Positions 19,905 through 31,155 are shown, numbered from the stretch's first letter. The stretch: DNA of 64,000 nucleotides from Thermoplasmata archaeon (GCA_020348445.1 CP070751.1:420494-484493); one strand, 5' to 3'. The notes: generated by a model not told the origin, from the letters alone. Translations and numbers: made by a program.

Positions 19905-21074
19905 ATGAGGGAAGTGGCTGTGATAGGAATAGGCGAGACCAAGTTCGGGGAGCTTTGGGACAAGTCCTTTAGGGAGATAGGAATAGAGGCTGGTCTTTTG
20001 GCTATTTCTGACTCCAAGATCAAGGGCGAGGAAATTGATGCTCTATATATCGGAAACATGTCAGCTGGGAGATTCATAGACCAGGAGCATATAGCTCCCT
20101 TGGTTGCAGATTATGTGGGACTTGCTGGACAGAACCTTCCTGCAACGAGAATAGAGGGTGCAGGAGCCTCAGGCGGTTTAGCCTTGTCTTCGGCCTATAT
20201 GGCCGTGGCATCCGAGGTTCACGATATCGTGGTTGTGGGGGGTGCTGAGAAGATGACAGATGTGAGCGAGGTGTACGCCCAGGAAATCCTTGCCTCCACA
20301 GCAGATCAGGAATGGGAATCTGTTTTCGGCGCCACATTTGCAGGTCTTCATGCCATGATCGCAAAAAGACACATGCATGAGTTTGGAACAACAAGGGAGC
20401 AACTTGGTATGGTTGCAGTCAAGAACCATAAAAACGGAGCTCTTAATCCCAATGCACAGTACAGAAGGGAGATGGCCTTGGAGGTGGTTCTGCGTGCTCC
20501 TATGGTTGCAGAGCCTCTTGGACTTTTTGACTGCGCACCTTTATCTGACGGTGCAGCAGCTTTGGTTTTATGTCCCTTGGATAAGGCAAAGGAGTACACT
20601 GACAATCCAGTAAGAATCGCGAGCTGCGGTCAGGCCGGGGATTTCATGGCCCTTCATGATAGACGAGATATCTGCACCATGGATGCAACTGTAGTTGCAG
20701 GGAAGAAGGCCTTCAAGTATGCTGGCATAGGCCCATCAGATATCAATTTGGCTGAGGTGCATGACAACTACACTATTTCCGAGATACTGGCAATAGAGGA
20801 TATTGGATTCTTTAAAAAGGGTGAGGGTGGGAAGGCCACCGAAGAAGGTAAAACTGCATTGAACTCCGAGATTTCAATTAATTCATCAGGAGGCCTTAAA
20901 GCTAGAGGGCAGCCTGTGGGTGCGACAGGAGTTGCCCAGGCAGTTGAGGTGGTGAGGCAGCTTAGAGGTGAGGCAGGTGACAGGCAGGTTAAGGATGCAA
21001 GGTATGGATTGACTCATAATGTTGGAGGGACTGGCGCTTCAGTGATTGTGCACATCTTCGAGGGAGGTGTTTGA
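19905..21074 (+). CDS. Acetoacetyl-CoA thiolase (archaeal thiolase family)
   Basis: [19 protein letters not shown] and HNVGG motifs; lies between HMGS and DUF35. Confidence 0.93.
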   Translation: MREVAVIGIGETKFGELWDKSFREIGIEAGLLAISDSKIKGEEIDALYIGNMSAGRFIDQEHIAPLVADYVGLAGQNLPATRIEGAGASGGLALSSAYMAVASEVHDIVVVGGAEKMTDVSEVYAQEILASTADQEWESVFGATFAGLHAMIAKRHMHEFGTTREQLGMVAVKNHKNGALNPNAQYRREMALEVVLRAPMVAEPLGLFDCAPLSDGAAALVLCPLDKAKEYTDNPVRIASCGQAGDFMALHDRRDICTMDATVVAGKKAFKYAGIGPSDINLAEVHDNYTISEILAIEDIGFFKKGEGGKATEEGKTALNSEISINSSGGLKARGQPVGATGVAQAVEVVRQLRGEAGDRQVKDARYGLTHNVGGTGASVIVHIFEGGV

Positions 21075-21075
21075 A

Positions 21076-21474
21076 ATGGCCATACCACGTTTTTGGCGTG
21101 AGATCCCCAGTAGGTACAATCTCATAGGAACAGAATGTGGGAATTGCGGCAAGAGGTACTTTCCCCCAAGGATCATATGCCCTCAGTGCCACAGAAAGAG
21201 CTTTGGTAAGATGAAGAACGTGAGATTTACTGGATCAGGGGAGATTGTTACATACTCTGTTATCCACAACGCACCAAAGGCCTTTGAGATGCAGGTTCCT
21301 TATATCATAGCAATTATAGAATTTGAAGAGGGTGTGCGGGCAACTGGTCAGATCATTGACTGCGAGGTTGAGGATGTCAAAATCGGAATGAAGGTAAGTC
21401 CAGCCTTCAGAAAGATAGGGGAGGATGGAAAATCGGGTGTGATATACTACGGCTATAAATTTAAGCCCGCCTAG
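21076..21474 (+). CDS. DUF35 Zn-ribbon/OB-fold scaffold protein
   Basis: CGNC...CPQC ribbon plus OB fold. Start at ATG 21076 after a GGAGGTG RBS. Confidence 0.94.
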   Translation: MAIPRFWREIPSRYNLIGTECGNCGKRYFPPRIICPQCHRKSFGKMKNVRFTGSGEIVTYSVIHNAPKAFEMQVPYIIAIIEFEEGVRATGQIIDCEVEDVKIGMKVSPAFRKIGEDGKSGVIYYGYKFKPA

Positions 21475-21530
21475 GTCTTTTTGGTTACGTCAGCCCATCC
21501 TAAAAATAGCTTTGTATGGAAGGTGATTGC

Positions 21531-22370
21531 ATGGTAGACAAAAAAATTCCGATTTATATTGTGGATGCTTTTACAGACGAAAAATTTAAGGGGAACCCTG
21601 CTGCAGTCTGTCTTCTCAATCAACGTCTAGATGAGGGTGTGATGCAGAAAATAGCTGCTGAGATGAACCTATCTGAGACCGCATTTTTGACTTCTATCGA
21701 AGGTAAGCCAATTTCCGAATCAAAGAATTTTTCCCTTAGATGGTTCACTCCCAAGGTTGAGGTTCCTCTTTGTGGACATGCGACCCTGGCCACTTCTGCT
21801 ATACTTTTTAACGAGGTAGGATTGTCATCTGAAGAGGTATCCTATGAGACTAAAAGCGGGACTTTGACTGCAAAGAAAGTAGAGGAAGGAATACTTCTTA
21901 ACTTCCCTTCCAATGAACCAGAGCCCATCGATCCTCCAATGGAATTACTAAAGGCCATGGGAATTTCTGAGTTTGAAGATGTCGCTTTGGCAAAGAATGC
22001 CAAGAAACTTCTTGTTCATCTAAAAAACGAGGAAACTGTGAGGAATCTGCAACCAAATTTTGAAAAGATGATGCGAGCAACCACGAAGGAAAATATTATT
22101 GGTGTTATTGCCACCTCAGAAGGTTCTCCCCCCTATGATTTTGTCTCGAGGTTCTTTGCTCCGTGGGTTGGGATAAATGAAGATCCTGTGACTGGGGCGG
22201 CTCATACTGTATTAACTCCGTATTGGTCCAAGATGCTGAATAAACAGAAGATGACTGCGTACCAGGCTTCGGAGAGAGGGGGCAAGTTGATTGTAAGTCT
22301 TGATCCTGACAATAGAGTTGATTTGATTGGTGACGTTGTCATTGTTTCAAAAGGGGAACTGTATTTATGA
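21531..22370 (+). CDS. PhzF-family isomerase (DAP-epimerase fold)
   Basis: DAFT..GNPAAV, SETAF, LCGHATLA and EDPVTGAA motifs. Confidence 0.93.
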   Translation: MVDKKIPIYIVDAFTDEKFKGNPAAVCLLNQRLDEGVMQKIAAEMNLSETAFLTSIEGKPISESKNFSLRWFTPKVEVPLCGHATLATSAILFNEVGLSSEEVSYETKSGTLTAKKVEEGILLNFPSNEPEPIDPPMELLKAMGISEFEDVALAKNAKKLLVHLKNEETVRNLQPNFEKMMRATTKENIIGVIATSEGSPPYDFVSRFFAPWVGINEDPVTGAAHTVLTPYWSKMLNKQKMTAYQASERGGKLIVSLDPDNRVDLIGDVVIVSKGELYL

Positions 22371-23254
22371 GAAATACGGGGGAAATGAATAGAAACCAAA
22401 TACAGAAGAAGTTGATTATAAAAAAACCTGAGAATTCTGAACTCATAGATACTGCAAAATTCTATTTAAGGGCTTTTGGAGCAACTGATATGTCAAAGGC
22501 AGAGAAATTAATCGATTTTTGGAAATTATTTATTGAAAATAAGATTTGTCATTTTATTATAGCCAAGCACAAAGAAAAAGCAGTTGGCTGCGGTGCCTTG
22601 GTAACATACCCTGATATGGCTTGGGTTGCATGGATGGCCACTGATATTGATTTTCAGAAAAAAGGTATTGGAAATGTGATAATGAAGAATTTGATGGATT
22701 ATGCCCATGAAATGGGGATAAAAACCTTGAAACTGGATGCAACAGAAATCGGAGAAAAACTGTATTCAAAATTCGAATTTAGAAATGAGTACCAGGTTAT
22801 ATGGTATGAAATTAATTATCCACGCAAATCAAATGATCAAAGAGGAATGGAAATTACAGTGATGGATGAAATTCCAGAATGGTGTTTAAAATTAGACAAG
22901 GAAGCCTTTGGAGATGACAGGAGCCAGCTTTTACAACTATTATTAAAGAATGGCGGAAAAGTATTATCTATTGAAAATGAAGGATATGGAATTCTGTGGA
23001 AAAACAGAATCGGCCCGGTGATAGCTGAAAATATGGAATGTGCAATTGCTATCGTAAGGCATGCGTCCGAAATGGGAGCTGAGAAAATATATATCCCTTT
23101 GCACAAAGAACTACCTAATAAATTTATTATAGATTTTAATAAAAAAAGGATGGGAAATACCCAAATTCCCTGTTGCACAAGGATGACATACGGGGAGATA
23201 ATAAAAGAAAACACAAAGAACGTATATGCTTCATTCATTGCTGCTACAGGATAA
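22367..23254 (+). CDS. GNAT-family N-acetyltransferase
   Basis: Acetyl-CoA motif FQKKGIG and LDATEIGEKLYSKFEF; C-terminal YitH-like half. Confidence 0.85.
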   Translation: MRNTGEMNRNQIQKKLIIKKPENSELIDTAKFYLRAFGATDMSKAEKLIDFWKLFIENKICHFIIAKHKEKAVGCGALVTYPDMAWVAWMATDIDFQKKGIGNVIMKNLMDYAHEMGIKTLKLDATEIGEKLYSKFEFRNEYQVIWYEINYPRKSNDQRGMEITVMDEIPEWCLKLDKEAFGDDRSQLLQLLLKNGGKVLSIENEGYGILWKNRIGPVIAENMECAIAIVRHASEMGAEKIYIPLHKELPNKFIIDFNKKRMGNTQIPCCTRMTYGEIIKENTKNVYASFIAATG

Positions 23255-23293
23255 TATAAAATTAGAAAAATCAAATATGTTCTTACACAGTTA

Positions 23294-24622
23294 TTATTCC
23301 TTCAAGCTGCACTCTTTGATTATCCTCTTTATTTTTTCAATCACATCCTGCGGATCCTTCCCCAGTATCCTTATCATGGCTTCCTTCCCAATGCCACCTT
23401 CATCATAGATGATATCCGGCACTTTACCTTGTTGTTTTATCGCGATCTCGGTTCCCCATTCCATAGTCGTTGTTGTTCCTGGTTCCTCTTTCCTATCAAA
23501 GGTCCCGATTTCAAAATCCAAAGAAGAACACCCTTCGATAATCTCCTGATCATATCTTATATTCATAGCACTCCTTTTATCAGGCTCGAACTTCATTGCA
23601 GTCAATATGATTCTTGCGATGTGTTTTGAGGCCCCAAATTTCAATCCCCCCAAATGATCAATACCCTCTCCAACTCTAACCAGCCTTCCCTCCAAGGCAC
23701 AAACCTCATCCAAAGAAGAAGCCTGGGGCAGTGCATAACCAATGTTTATTCCAACCTCTGGCACGTAGAAAACTGGAAGCATATCCTGAACTTCGTAAAC
23801 TGCCTTCTGCAATGCCTCCATCACCCCAAGTTCCTCAGGTGAAAACGAAGGTTGGGGAACAATACCTGCCACCTCAACTCCCTTTCCTATGGCATATCCA
23901 TGCTCTATGATATCAACAATGTGGAACTTGGCTTCAGAAACAGCTTCCTCGATTTTTTTTCCCTTGGCAATTAATGCGGTAATTAATGCAGAGAAAGTGC
24001 ATCCAGTACCATGAAGTTCTCTTGGATAGCTCTTTGACATATATATTCTCGTTTCATTTCCATCATAGAGAACATCGGCTGCTAAAAGACCAGCCAAATG
24101 CCCGCCTTTTAAAAGTACATATTTACAACCACTGGCATGGATTTTTTTTGCCGCATCTTTCATATCATCAAATGATTTGATTTGTTCACCTAAAAGGGCC
24201 TCGGCCTCGGGAATATTGGGTGTGACCAATGTGGCCTTTGGCATGAGTTCATTTTTTAGGGCCTCGACAAAACCTGAATCATGTAGGCTCCCTCCCACAG
24301 TTGCCTTCATCACTGGATCCACTATAAGGGGAAAATCAAAGGCCTCTAATTTCTCTGCCACAAGTTCCACCACATTTGGTGAGTACAGCATGCCGGTCTT
24401 GCAGGCCGAGATTTTTATATCCTCCAAGACAGCATCCAGCTGTCCCTCTACTGCAGTCTGGGGAACTGCATTTATCTGGTACAATTTCTGGGTATTTTGG
24501 GCAGTGACACAAGTAATAACACTGCACCCGTGCACACCCATATAGGAGAATGCTCTAAGGTCGGCTTGAATTCCTGCCCCTCCAGAAGGATCAGATGCTG
24601 CGATTGTCAAGGCAGATTTCAT
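23294..24622 (-). CDS. thiD: Bifunctional HMP/HMP-P kinase - thiamine phosphate synthase (ThiD-ThiN fusion)
   Basis: SDPSGGAGIQADL, TPNIPEA and HGTGCTFS motifs; ThiN domain (VPEVGINI...FGASKHIARII...YDEGGIGKEAM). Confidence 0.95.
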   Translation of the reverse strand: MKSALTIAASDPSGGAGIQADLRAFSYMGVHGCSVITCVTAQNTQKLYQINAVPQTAVEGQLDAVLEDIKISACKTGMLYSPNVVELVAEKLEAFDFPLIVDPVMKATVGGSLHDSGFVEALKNELMPKATLVTPNIPEAEALLGEQIKSFDDMKDAAKKIHASGCKYVLLKGGHLAGLLAADVLYDGNETRIYMSKSYPRELHGTGCTFSALITALIAKGKKIEEAVSEAKFHIVDIIEHGYAIGKGVEVAGIVPQPSFSPEELGVMEALQKAVYEVQDMLPVFYVPEVGINIGYALPQASSLDEVCALEGRLVRVGEGIDHLGGLKFGASKHIARIILTAMKFEPDKRSAMNIRYDQEIIEGCSSLDFEIGTFDRKEEPGTTTTMEWGTEIAIKQQGKVPDIIYDEGGIGKEAMIRILGKDPQDVIEKIKRIIKECSLKE

Positions 24623-24785
24623 GGGTAGGAAATGGAGATTGTAGATAAAAAGGTTTTATGTAAAAGTGGTAAATCTTTAAGATATTCTGTATTTTAAAAT
24701 TCTCTAGTATTACCCGCTTCCGAGAAGTTCCTGAGCCGCGAATATGTCTAACTTCACCTTGAGATCAGGGATTTCGATTCCATCT

Positions 24786-27368
24786 TCAACTCAAAGTAAT
24801 ATCAATCATCACATCCACAGCTCCGCCGTCATCGTCAGTCACAGTCAATTTGAAAGTATAACTTCCAGCTATTGAGTATGTATGGGTTCTTGCATCAGTT
24901 GCTGTGAAAGGGTATGTCCCCCATGGACTTTGTATTGGATCAGGATTCGAACCATCGTTGTAAACAGTGTGAATATCAATCCCTCCAACCCCAAAATCCC
25001 AGGAGAATGTAAGATCGTCAGTACCTTGATCTGATGCTGTTGCTTCGTATGTTATCTCATGATCCACGAAGTATTGATTTGCACCGAAACTCCATTCCCA
25101 GGTCTCAGGGTGCTTGACATTGCAGGTGTGATGCAGACGTTCATCTTTCCCGTCTTCAAAGTCAATGATCACCCAAACTGGAGTTGCTCCGTTCGGCTGG
25201 CCATTAATAGGATCGTCCTTGGGTGTGTATAATACTGTTATTTTTATGTATTGTGTCACATCGCATTTTATGTTATAAATAGTCTCACTCTGGTCGTCTG
25301 GACTTCCTGGATATCTCGTAACTTCTGTATTTCCAATTATTGCATCATTTGCGTAAATGACCATCTCTACGTTGTGCCATTTTTCCCCTGCTGCCCGAAG
25401 TGTGAAGTCGACAAGGATATAGGCCTCTACCTTCTCAATAGTGGGAGCTACATTATCCACAATGACATATGTGATGTATTCTGCAACTGCACCATCATCA
25501 TCAGTCACAGTGAGGGTTACTGAGTAATTACCATTGTCACCATATTCATGGGAAACCGAGTCTGTTGCAATAAATGGGTAGGTTCCTCCAATGGCACTTG
25601 GGTAGGGATCGGGGCTCGCTCCATCATTAAAGAAAATATTTGTTATGGTGGGTCCATATTCAAATTCCCATTTGAAAGTCAGATCATCACTTCCCGGGTC
25701 TGTAGAATCTGTGGTAATATCCACAAGATAGGGTTCGTTTCCGAAGAATGGGCCGAACTTTATGATCGTTGGCGCCACATTGTAGACTGAGACTGTTGTA
25801 TTTTCGGAATCTGTAAAAACACCATCTGTTACCTCCAAAATTACATCTCCGAAATAATTATCGCTCCATGTATAATTTTCAAAAGGACTTGAAGACCAAT
25901 TTGTGTCCCAAATCCCATCGTTATCGAAGTCCCATCTGTACTGCAAGGGATCTCCATCAGGGTCATATGAAAGGGAAGCATCAAAAGATATTGCTGATCC
26001 CTCAAATCCACTATATGGGCCATTTGCATTTGCTACAGGTTGTTTAAAGAGCCAACCGTTTGGATATATAAATGGATAAAAGTCATAATCAGTGGTTGGA
26101 TGCGGTATCAACGTATCACCGATACCATCTCCTGCTATTGCATGTTTACCAGTTCCACTTCCATTATCTACACCAGTATAATTAGACCAATAGTTACCCT
26201 CTAATAATCCAGGGTGGTGCCAAAAATTGGCATATGGATTATAATCCTCGGCTTGAATGGTATTATCAATAATATTGTTGTGATAAATGGTGTTGTTGGA
26301 TGATCTTATAATATAAAAGCCGTAATCGTAATCCGAAACAGTATTTCCTTTAACGATATTGAGATTAGAAGATTGGTAAAGACCTATACCCAGCCAGCAC
26401 GAGTATTTCGAACCTGATAGGATGTTATCTTCGATAATGTTGTATGAAGATCCCCAAAGGTTAAGGGCCCATCGACCATTGGAAGATAAATTGTTGTTTA
26501 TTATTCTGTTGTTTGATGAACTACGAAGGCCGAGTCCATCTATACCACTTGCATCGTTGTTTGTTATGGTATTATTTGAGGAGTGGGAAAGTGAGATACC
26601 GACCTCATTTCTTAAAAAGTTGCTCGTTACATTGTTCCCACTGGAATACGAGAGAACGATACCAAATCCCTTATTTGATATGGCGTTGGTACCTGTGACG
26701 TGATTCCCACGGGAATCATTAAGTAAGATACCAATCCATTCATTCGATGATGCCAAGTTATTGACTATTAGGTTGTTATCTGACGAGTACAGAGATAATC
26801 CATTACCTTGATATGAGCCGTAAATTCCATTGTTTGATAAATTATTATTTGTTATTTTGTTGTTAGAAGATGACCAAAGAAAGATACCATCTGCACCGTT
26901 TCTGAAGACCTTATTACCCTCTATTTTGTTGTTTGAAGAATAGAGTGTGATACCATTAGATCCATTGAATACAGAAAAACCTGTTACATTCACTGAATTT
27001 GCTTTAATGAAGACAACATTCCCAGCTCCACCACCATCTATGATGGTTGTTTCCCTATCCTCACCTTCCATGTTTAGAGCCTTATCTATTTCCACATTTT
27101 CATAATATTTGCCTGCATATACATGCACTGTCCCCCCTCCTGCAACAGCATCCACACCATCTTGAATAATATCAAAATGGTCTACTCCCCAACCTGGAGT
27201 TGACGGATTAAAGTCATCATCAACCCATACTTCTGTGGGTGAACTTGTGGGATTGTTTATTAGGTCCATTCCATCTCCGGAATTTATCGATGCAGCTAAT
27301 GCAAAAACGCTAATCATAATCATTAGACACAACCATATACATAACACCCTTGGTTTCATGTATTTCAT
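24786..27368 (-). CDS. Secreted NosD-type parallel beta-helix protein with PKD domains and an unnamed C-terminal domain
   Basis: Signal peptide, IQDGVD..AGGGTVHVYAGKY.E, Asn-rich SNN repeats, GNYWS and PKD motifs. Confidence 0.88.
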   Translation of the reverse strand: MKYMKPRVLCIWLCLMIMISVFALAASINSGDGMDLINNPTSSPTEVWVDDDFNPSTPGWGVDHFDIIQDGVDAVAGGGTVHVYAGKYYENVEIDKALNMEGEDRETTIIDGGGAGNVVFIKANSVNVTGFSVFNGSNGITLYSSNNKIEGNKVFRNGADGIFLWSSSNNKITNNNLSNNGIYGSYQGNGLSLYSSDNNLIVNNLASSNEWIGILLNDSRGNHVTGTNAISNKGFGIVLSYSSGNNVTSNFLRNEVGISLSHSSNNTITNNDASGIDGLGLRSSSNNRIINNNLSSNGRWALNLWGSSYNIIEDNILSGSKYSCWLGIGLYQSSNLNIVKGNTVSDYDYGFYIIRSSNNTIYHNNIIDNTIQAEDYNPYANFWHHPGLLEGNYWSNYTGVDNGSGTGKHAIAGDGIGDTLIPHPTTDYDFYPFIYPNGWLFKQPVANANGPYSGFEGSAISFDASLSYDPDGDPLQYRWDFDNDGIWDTNWSSSPFENYTWSDNYFGDVILEVTDGVFTDSENTTVSVYNVAPTIIKFGPFFGNEPYLVDITTDSTDPGSDDLTFKWEFEYGPTITNIFFNDGASPDPYPSAIGGTYPFIATDSVSHEYGDNGNYSVTLTVTDDDGAVAEYITYVIVDNVAPTIEKVEAYILVDFTLRAAGEKWHNVEMVIYANDAIIGNTEVTRYPGSPDDQSETIYNIKCDVTQYIKITVLYTPKDDPINGQPNGATPVWVIIDFEDGKDERLHHTCNVKHPETWEWSFGANQYFVDHEITYEATASDQGTDDLTFSWDFGVGGIDIHTVYNDGSNPDPIQSPWGTYPFTATDARTHTYSIAGSYTFKLTVTDDDGGAVDVMIDITLS

Positions 27369-27614
27369 TCTCCCTTATTTTTTTATTTTATGGTTCAGCC
27401 AAAGGAACGGTCAATAAAAGACGATAATACCCTCTACCCTAGTTCAAGGCTTTCGAAATACGAGCCCTCGTCTTCTCTTTCCACCCTTTTCCAAGGCCTC
27501 CCTCCAGTTGAGCATGAATCGGTTTCTGGATATAAAATTCTTTGCATTTTATTATATTATTTTGTTATAAAATTCAATATCTATTAACCTTTAATTATAT
27601 CAATTGGAAACGAA

Positions 27615-28490
27615 TTAAAATATTAGATGGTTTAAGATGCCCGCCTTTTCCTTATTCAGTTTGGTGCAAATGACTTCCTCTCTCCCTCCGATTGCCGAGA
27701 TAATATCCTCCCTCTTCTCAACCTCAGCCAAAATCACAGTTGCCGGCCCTGTCCCAGAAATCCCAGCAGTCACAGCACCAGCCTCAATCGCCTTCTTCGC
27801 AACTTCTGTATCCAATCCCATGGCCTCTCCATAAGCCATGCCGTTCATTCGAATCGCGGATATGTAATCACCTTTCATTGCCAGGTCATGGGCCTCAGCC
27901 AGAGTCCCCCTGATCCTCTTCAGTCTTTGAATATCCACCTCGGATTTCCTGATCTTCATCTTGGGAACATGGATTATAACCTCATAGTCCTCATCAAAGG
28001 GATACTGGTTCAATATCTCCCTTATGATATTATCCGTGACCACCACATTACCAAAATAAGTAGCGCAAGCATCGTCGAAAGCTCCCGTGAGTGTGACCTT
28101 GGCCAAAAGGGAAGCATTGATCCCCATATTGATTACTTCCATATCAGAATATTCCTTTCCAAGAGCCGCAAATGCCGCAAGCACGATGGCATTGGAAGCC
28201 GCACTCGAGCTTTTCAGTCCCCTCGATATAGGGATATCAGAAGTTGTGATTATCCTGGCTCCGTATTCTAATTCCAATTCAAATTTTTTCAGAACCTCCA
28301 AGACACAATGCTTTGCTAGGTCTGTATTTTCGCCTTCGTCCCCCCGAATCTCCACCTCGAAAATACCAGGCTCATTTGTAAGTTCCACTTTCGCCTCGGT
28401 CTTTAGTGCGACTCCAAAGGCCCCACCTTTACCCAAAGCAATGCCGTTTATTATGGTAGCAGCACCGTGACAGTACGCACTAGCTTCCAA
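27615..28490 (-). CDS. aroK: Archaeal (GHMP-family) shikimate kinase
   Basis: GAATIINGIA, PISRGLKSSSAAS, TGAFDDA and GISGTGPA motifs. Confidence 0.95.
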   Translation of the reverse strand: MEASAYCHGAATIINGIALGKGGAFGVALKTEAKVELTNEPGIFEVEIRGDEGENTDLAKHCVLEVLKKFELELEYGARIITTSDIPISRGLKSSSAASNAIVLAAFAALGKEYSDMEVINMGINASLLAKVTLTGAFDDACATYFGNVVVTDNIIREILNQYPFDEDYEVIIHVPKMKIRKSEVDIQRLKRIRGTLAEAHDLAMKGDYISAIRMNGMAYGEAMGLDTEVAKKAIEAGAVTAGISGTGPATVILAEVEKREDIISAIGGREEVICTKLNKEKAGILNHLIF

Positions 28491-28502
28491 TACTTTTCCT
28501 CC

Positions 28503-29363
28503 TTATTTTTCAGTATCCAGTGCATCAAGAACCACTTTTTGCATAACATCGATAGGAGCAGATTCGCAAGTCCACTTCTCAAAGGCCATTACACCCTGAT
28601 AAATGAACATCTCATAACCATATATCACCTTAGCCCCGCTCTTTTGGGCTGCCAAAACAAGTTCAGTATTTTTAGGTGAATAGACCATGTCAAATACGAT
28701 TATGTCCTTTCTCAGTAGCTCTGGTGATATAGGACTGCCTTGAGGACCTCCTTTCATTCCCACAGGCGTGCAGTTTATGATCATGTCAACATCTTCGATT
28801 ATCTCCTCGATATCATCCAAAATGTTCACTTTGATTGTACCTTGGGATTTGAACTTTGTTGCCAATTCCCTTGCCCTTTCAAAGGTTCGGTTCGCAATGA
28901 CTACATCCTTTCCCATCCTGGCCAAAGGCAATGCAATTGCCCTTGCAGCACCCCCGGCACCGAGAATCAATATTGTCATGTGATGCTCAAGATCTATTTT
29001 ATTTCTTCTAATTGCCTCGACTGCAGCAGGTGAATCTGTGTTGTAACCCGTGAGCTTTCCTTCATCATTTACGATGGTGTTCACTGCCCCAAGATCCTCT
29101 GCCAATTCATCCACATCATCCAGATGCTCCATGACCTTGATTTTAAAGGGGAGGGTCACAGAAAGTCCCCGAAAATTCCTTTTCTTAAGGTTTTTCATGG
29201 TATTGGCAAGTTCGCTTTCCTCGATTTCAAAGGAATCGTAAACGTAATCAAGACCTAACTTTTTAAATGCGGCATTATGCATTTTCGGGGAGAGAGTGTG
29301 TTTTAAAGGTTTGCCTATTATTCCGCATATGCGTTTTTTGGAATTACTATCATTGCGTTTCAT
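28503..29363 (-). CDS. aroE: Shikimate dehydrogenase
   Basis: HTLSPKMHN, SVTLPFK, GAVNT, YNTD and GAGGAA motifs. Confidence 0.96.
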   Translation of the reverse strand: MKRNDSNSKKRICGIIGKPLKHTLSPKMHNAAFKKLGLDYVYDSFEIEESELANTMKNLKKRNFRGLSVTLPFKIKVMEHLDDVDELAEDLGAVNTIVNDEGKLTGYNTDSPAAVEAIRRNKIDLEHHMTILILGAGGAARAIALPLARMGKDVVIANRTFERARELATKFKSQGTIKVNILDDIEEIIEDVDMIINCTPVGMKGGPQGSPISPELLRKDIIVFDMVYSPKNTELVLAAQKSGAKVIYGYEMFIYQGVMAFEKWTCESAPIDVMQKVVLDALDTEK

Positions 29364-29393
29364 GTTGTTTCACCTGAGATCTCCCACCTCAAT

Positions 29394-30101
29394 TCATAGG
29401 TTTTCAAGGGCATCCCATAATTCCAAAAGCGTCCTTATATCAACCTGCCCGTCTTCCACCTTCTTCTCGGGGTCCACTGCGGCATATACCATCTCACATC
29501 CAATTAACGGGGCCAAAACCCTTGTAAATTGCCCATAGGACCCCATTCCCATGACAGTGTATTTGTGATTCAAATCCTTGGCTGTTTTTCCACCCTTGGT
29601 CACATTTAGCACATCTTCGAAATTGTTGCTAGTTAAAACCACCTTGGCTATATCCCCTTCAGTTTCCTTGCATTGTTTTATCAGGGCAAAAATCTCGGAC
29701 CATGACGGTGTCTTAAAAAAATCATGATAGGAGATAATGGTTTTTATTTCCTCTTTTTTGGCCAAGGCAATCAACGGATCCCTCAAATTCCCCTCCATTT
29801 TCAATTCCAAATCAATGTAATCAAAGCCTGTCGTTATCGCCTCTTCAAGCAAAGCTGTCCTTTTCTCCTCATCCTCCTTGTAATCGCCGCCATCCCAATA
29901 GGGGCGGATCGTTAAAATTAGGGGCAAGCCAGTGTCCTTCTTTATTTCAGATAATCGGTTCAATATAGAAGAAGAAATTGGCTCTTTTAACTTATCCAGT
30001 CTCAGCTCAATTAGATTTGCACCAAGGGATTTGCATAAATCAGCTTGTGAGACTAAATCAGTTACGCTTTGTTCAGCCAATGAAACACATACCAAAGTCA
30101 T
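29394..30101 (-). CDS. aroD: Type I 3-dehydroquinate dehydratase
   Basis: IELRLD, ILTIR..WDGG, ISYHDF and IAKVV motifs. Start moved to ATG 30101. Confidence 0.93.
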   Translation of the reverse strand: MTLVCVSLAEQSVTDLVSQADLCKSLGANLIELRLDKLKEPISSSILNRLSEIKKDTGLPLILTIRPYWDGGDYKEDEEKRTALLEEAITTGFDYIDLELKMEGNLRDPLIALAKKEEIKTIISYHDFFKTPSWSEIFALIKQCKETEGDIAKVVLTSNNFEDVLNVTKGGKTAKDLNHKYTVMGMGSYGQFTRVLAPLIGCEMVYAAVDPEKKVEDGQVDIRTLLELWDALENL

Positions 30102-30114
30102 GCTCTCACGTTTT

Positions 30115-31155
30115 TTATTTCTCTTGGATGCTCTCATCCACCTTCGTCCCGAAATGCCTTCCCTTATCATCCATCCATACAAGTACAGAGTCGCCTTCAT
30201 TCAGATCCACTATGGAAACAGGCTTTTCTTGGGAAATCAATCGTATAGTCTCGGCATTCTGGAGTATTATATTGAACGTTCTGCCTTCATATTCAGCTTC
30301 CAGGAAAACCATGGGCCTTTTCTCGATCTTCACCCTTCCGAGAATCACAGGCCTTGTGCTTCCCTGGCTGTCAATGACAAGGACCTCGTCCCCGGACTTT
30401 AAATCGGACAGGTACTTTGTCTTTTCATTGGGGGCTAGAATATAAGAGTGAACAGGTCCAGCATTGACCCTAAAGGGCCTTGTGTCCGCAAACTCTGATT
30501 CAACAGATTCTGAGTGGACCAGGAACATGCCATTGGACTGCGAGCCTATTAGCATACCCTCGCCAACGTTCAACATAGAACACGTATCAATGCAGACCCT
30601 GTCCCCCATTCCCAGGGGTTTTAACTTGGTAATCCTGGCAGATACAAGGGAAAGGGAGCCTTTTTCAAATTCATCCATAAATCTCCGAAGGTTGTTTATC
30701 CTATTAAAATCCACGGTAGATAAAACAACACCATCCACTCCAACCTCCAAAGTCTCGAAAAACAATTTTGCATCCTCTACATTATTCACCTTAACAAGGA
30801 GTTTGGATTTCGAATTTTGAAATGCGGCAATAAGGTTTTCAACTGGTATAACCTTCCAGTTTTCGGCAGAAACAAGAACATAATCCATCTTCCCTTCCAG
30901 GGCTTTGGCCCTCTCCTCATCGGTTTTATCTTGGATCTCGATGTGTTCCCCCTGTCCATCATCCATCTTGATTTTCCCCTCTGAAAGAGAAATCAAATTG
31001 AACTTTCCCAGTTTTTGGAATATCTCCTGATCCTCCTCTCTCACAATTATATCTGTGAAATTGTTTATCAGTGCAGTTATGGCTATTTTCTTTCTAATTT
31101 CCTGCTTTTTGTGAACGTCCGAGTCTATCCATATGATTTTTTTCAACGTTTTCAC
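30115..31155 (-). CDS. aroB': 3-dehydroquinate synthase II (archaeal, oxidative deaminating)
   Basis: GDRVCIDTCS, RPFRVNAG, GRVKIEKRP, LQNAET and RHFG motifs. Confidence 0.95.
   Translation of the reverse strand: MKTLKKIIWIDSDVHKKQEIRKKIAITALINNFTDIIVREEDQEIFQKLGKFNLISLSEGKIKMDDGQGEHIEIQDKTDEERAKALEGKMDYVLVSAENWKVIPVENLIAAFQNSKSKLLVKVNNVEDAKLFFETLEVGVDGVVLSTVDFNRINNLRRFMDEFEKGSLSLVSARITKLKPLGMGDRVCIDTCSMLNVGEGMLIGSQSNGMFLVHSESVESEFADTRPFRVNAGPVHSYILAPNEKTKYLSDLKSGDEVLVIDSQGSTRPVILGRVKIEKRPMVFLEAEYEGRTFNIILQNAETIRLISQEKPVSIVDLNEGDSVLVWMDDKGRHFGTKVDESIQEK

Noticed and set aside
18851-21474. HMGS-thiolase-DUF35 cluster as a novel system
   Set aside because: This is the well-described archaeal thiolase/HMGS/DUF35 complex of the mevalonate pathway.
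21531-22370. PhzF gene as evidence for phenazine biosynthesis
   Set aside because: No phzA/B/D/E/G genes are present, and PhzF-like proteins are widespread without phenazine pathways.
24623-24785. Possible TPP riboswitch upstream of thiDN (CCTGAT and GGTAAT fragments)
   Set aside because: The CTGAGA motif and the contiguous CCTGAT-N-GGNTAATNCC-GCGNAGG core are absent.
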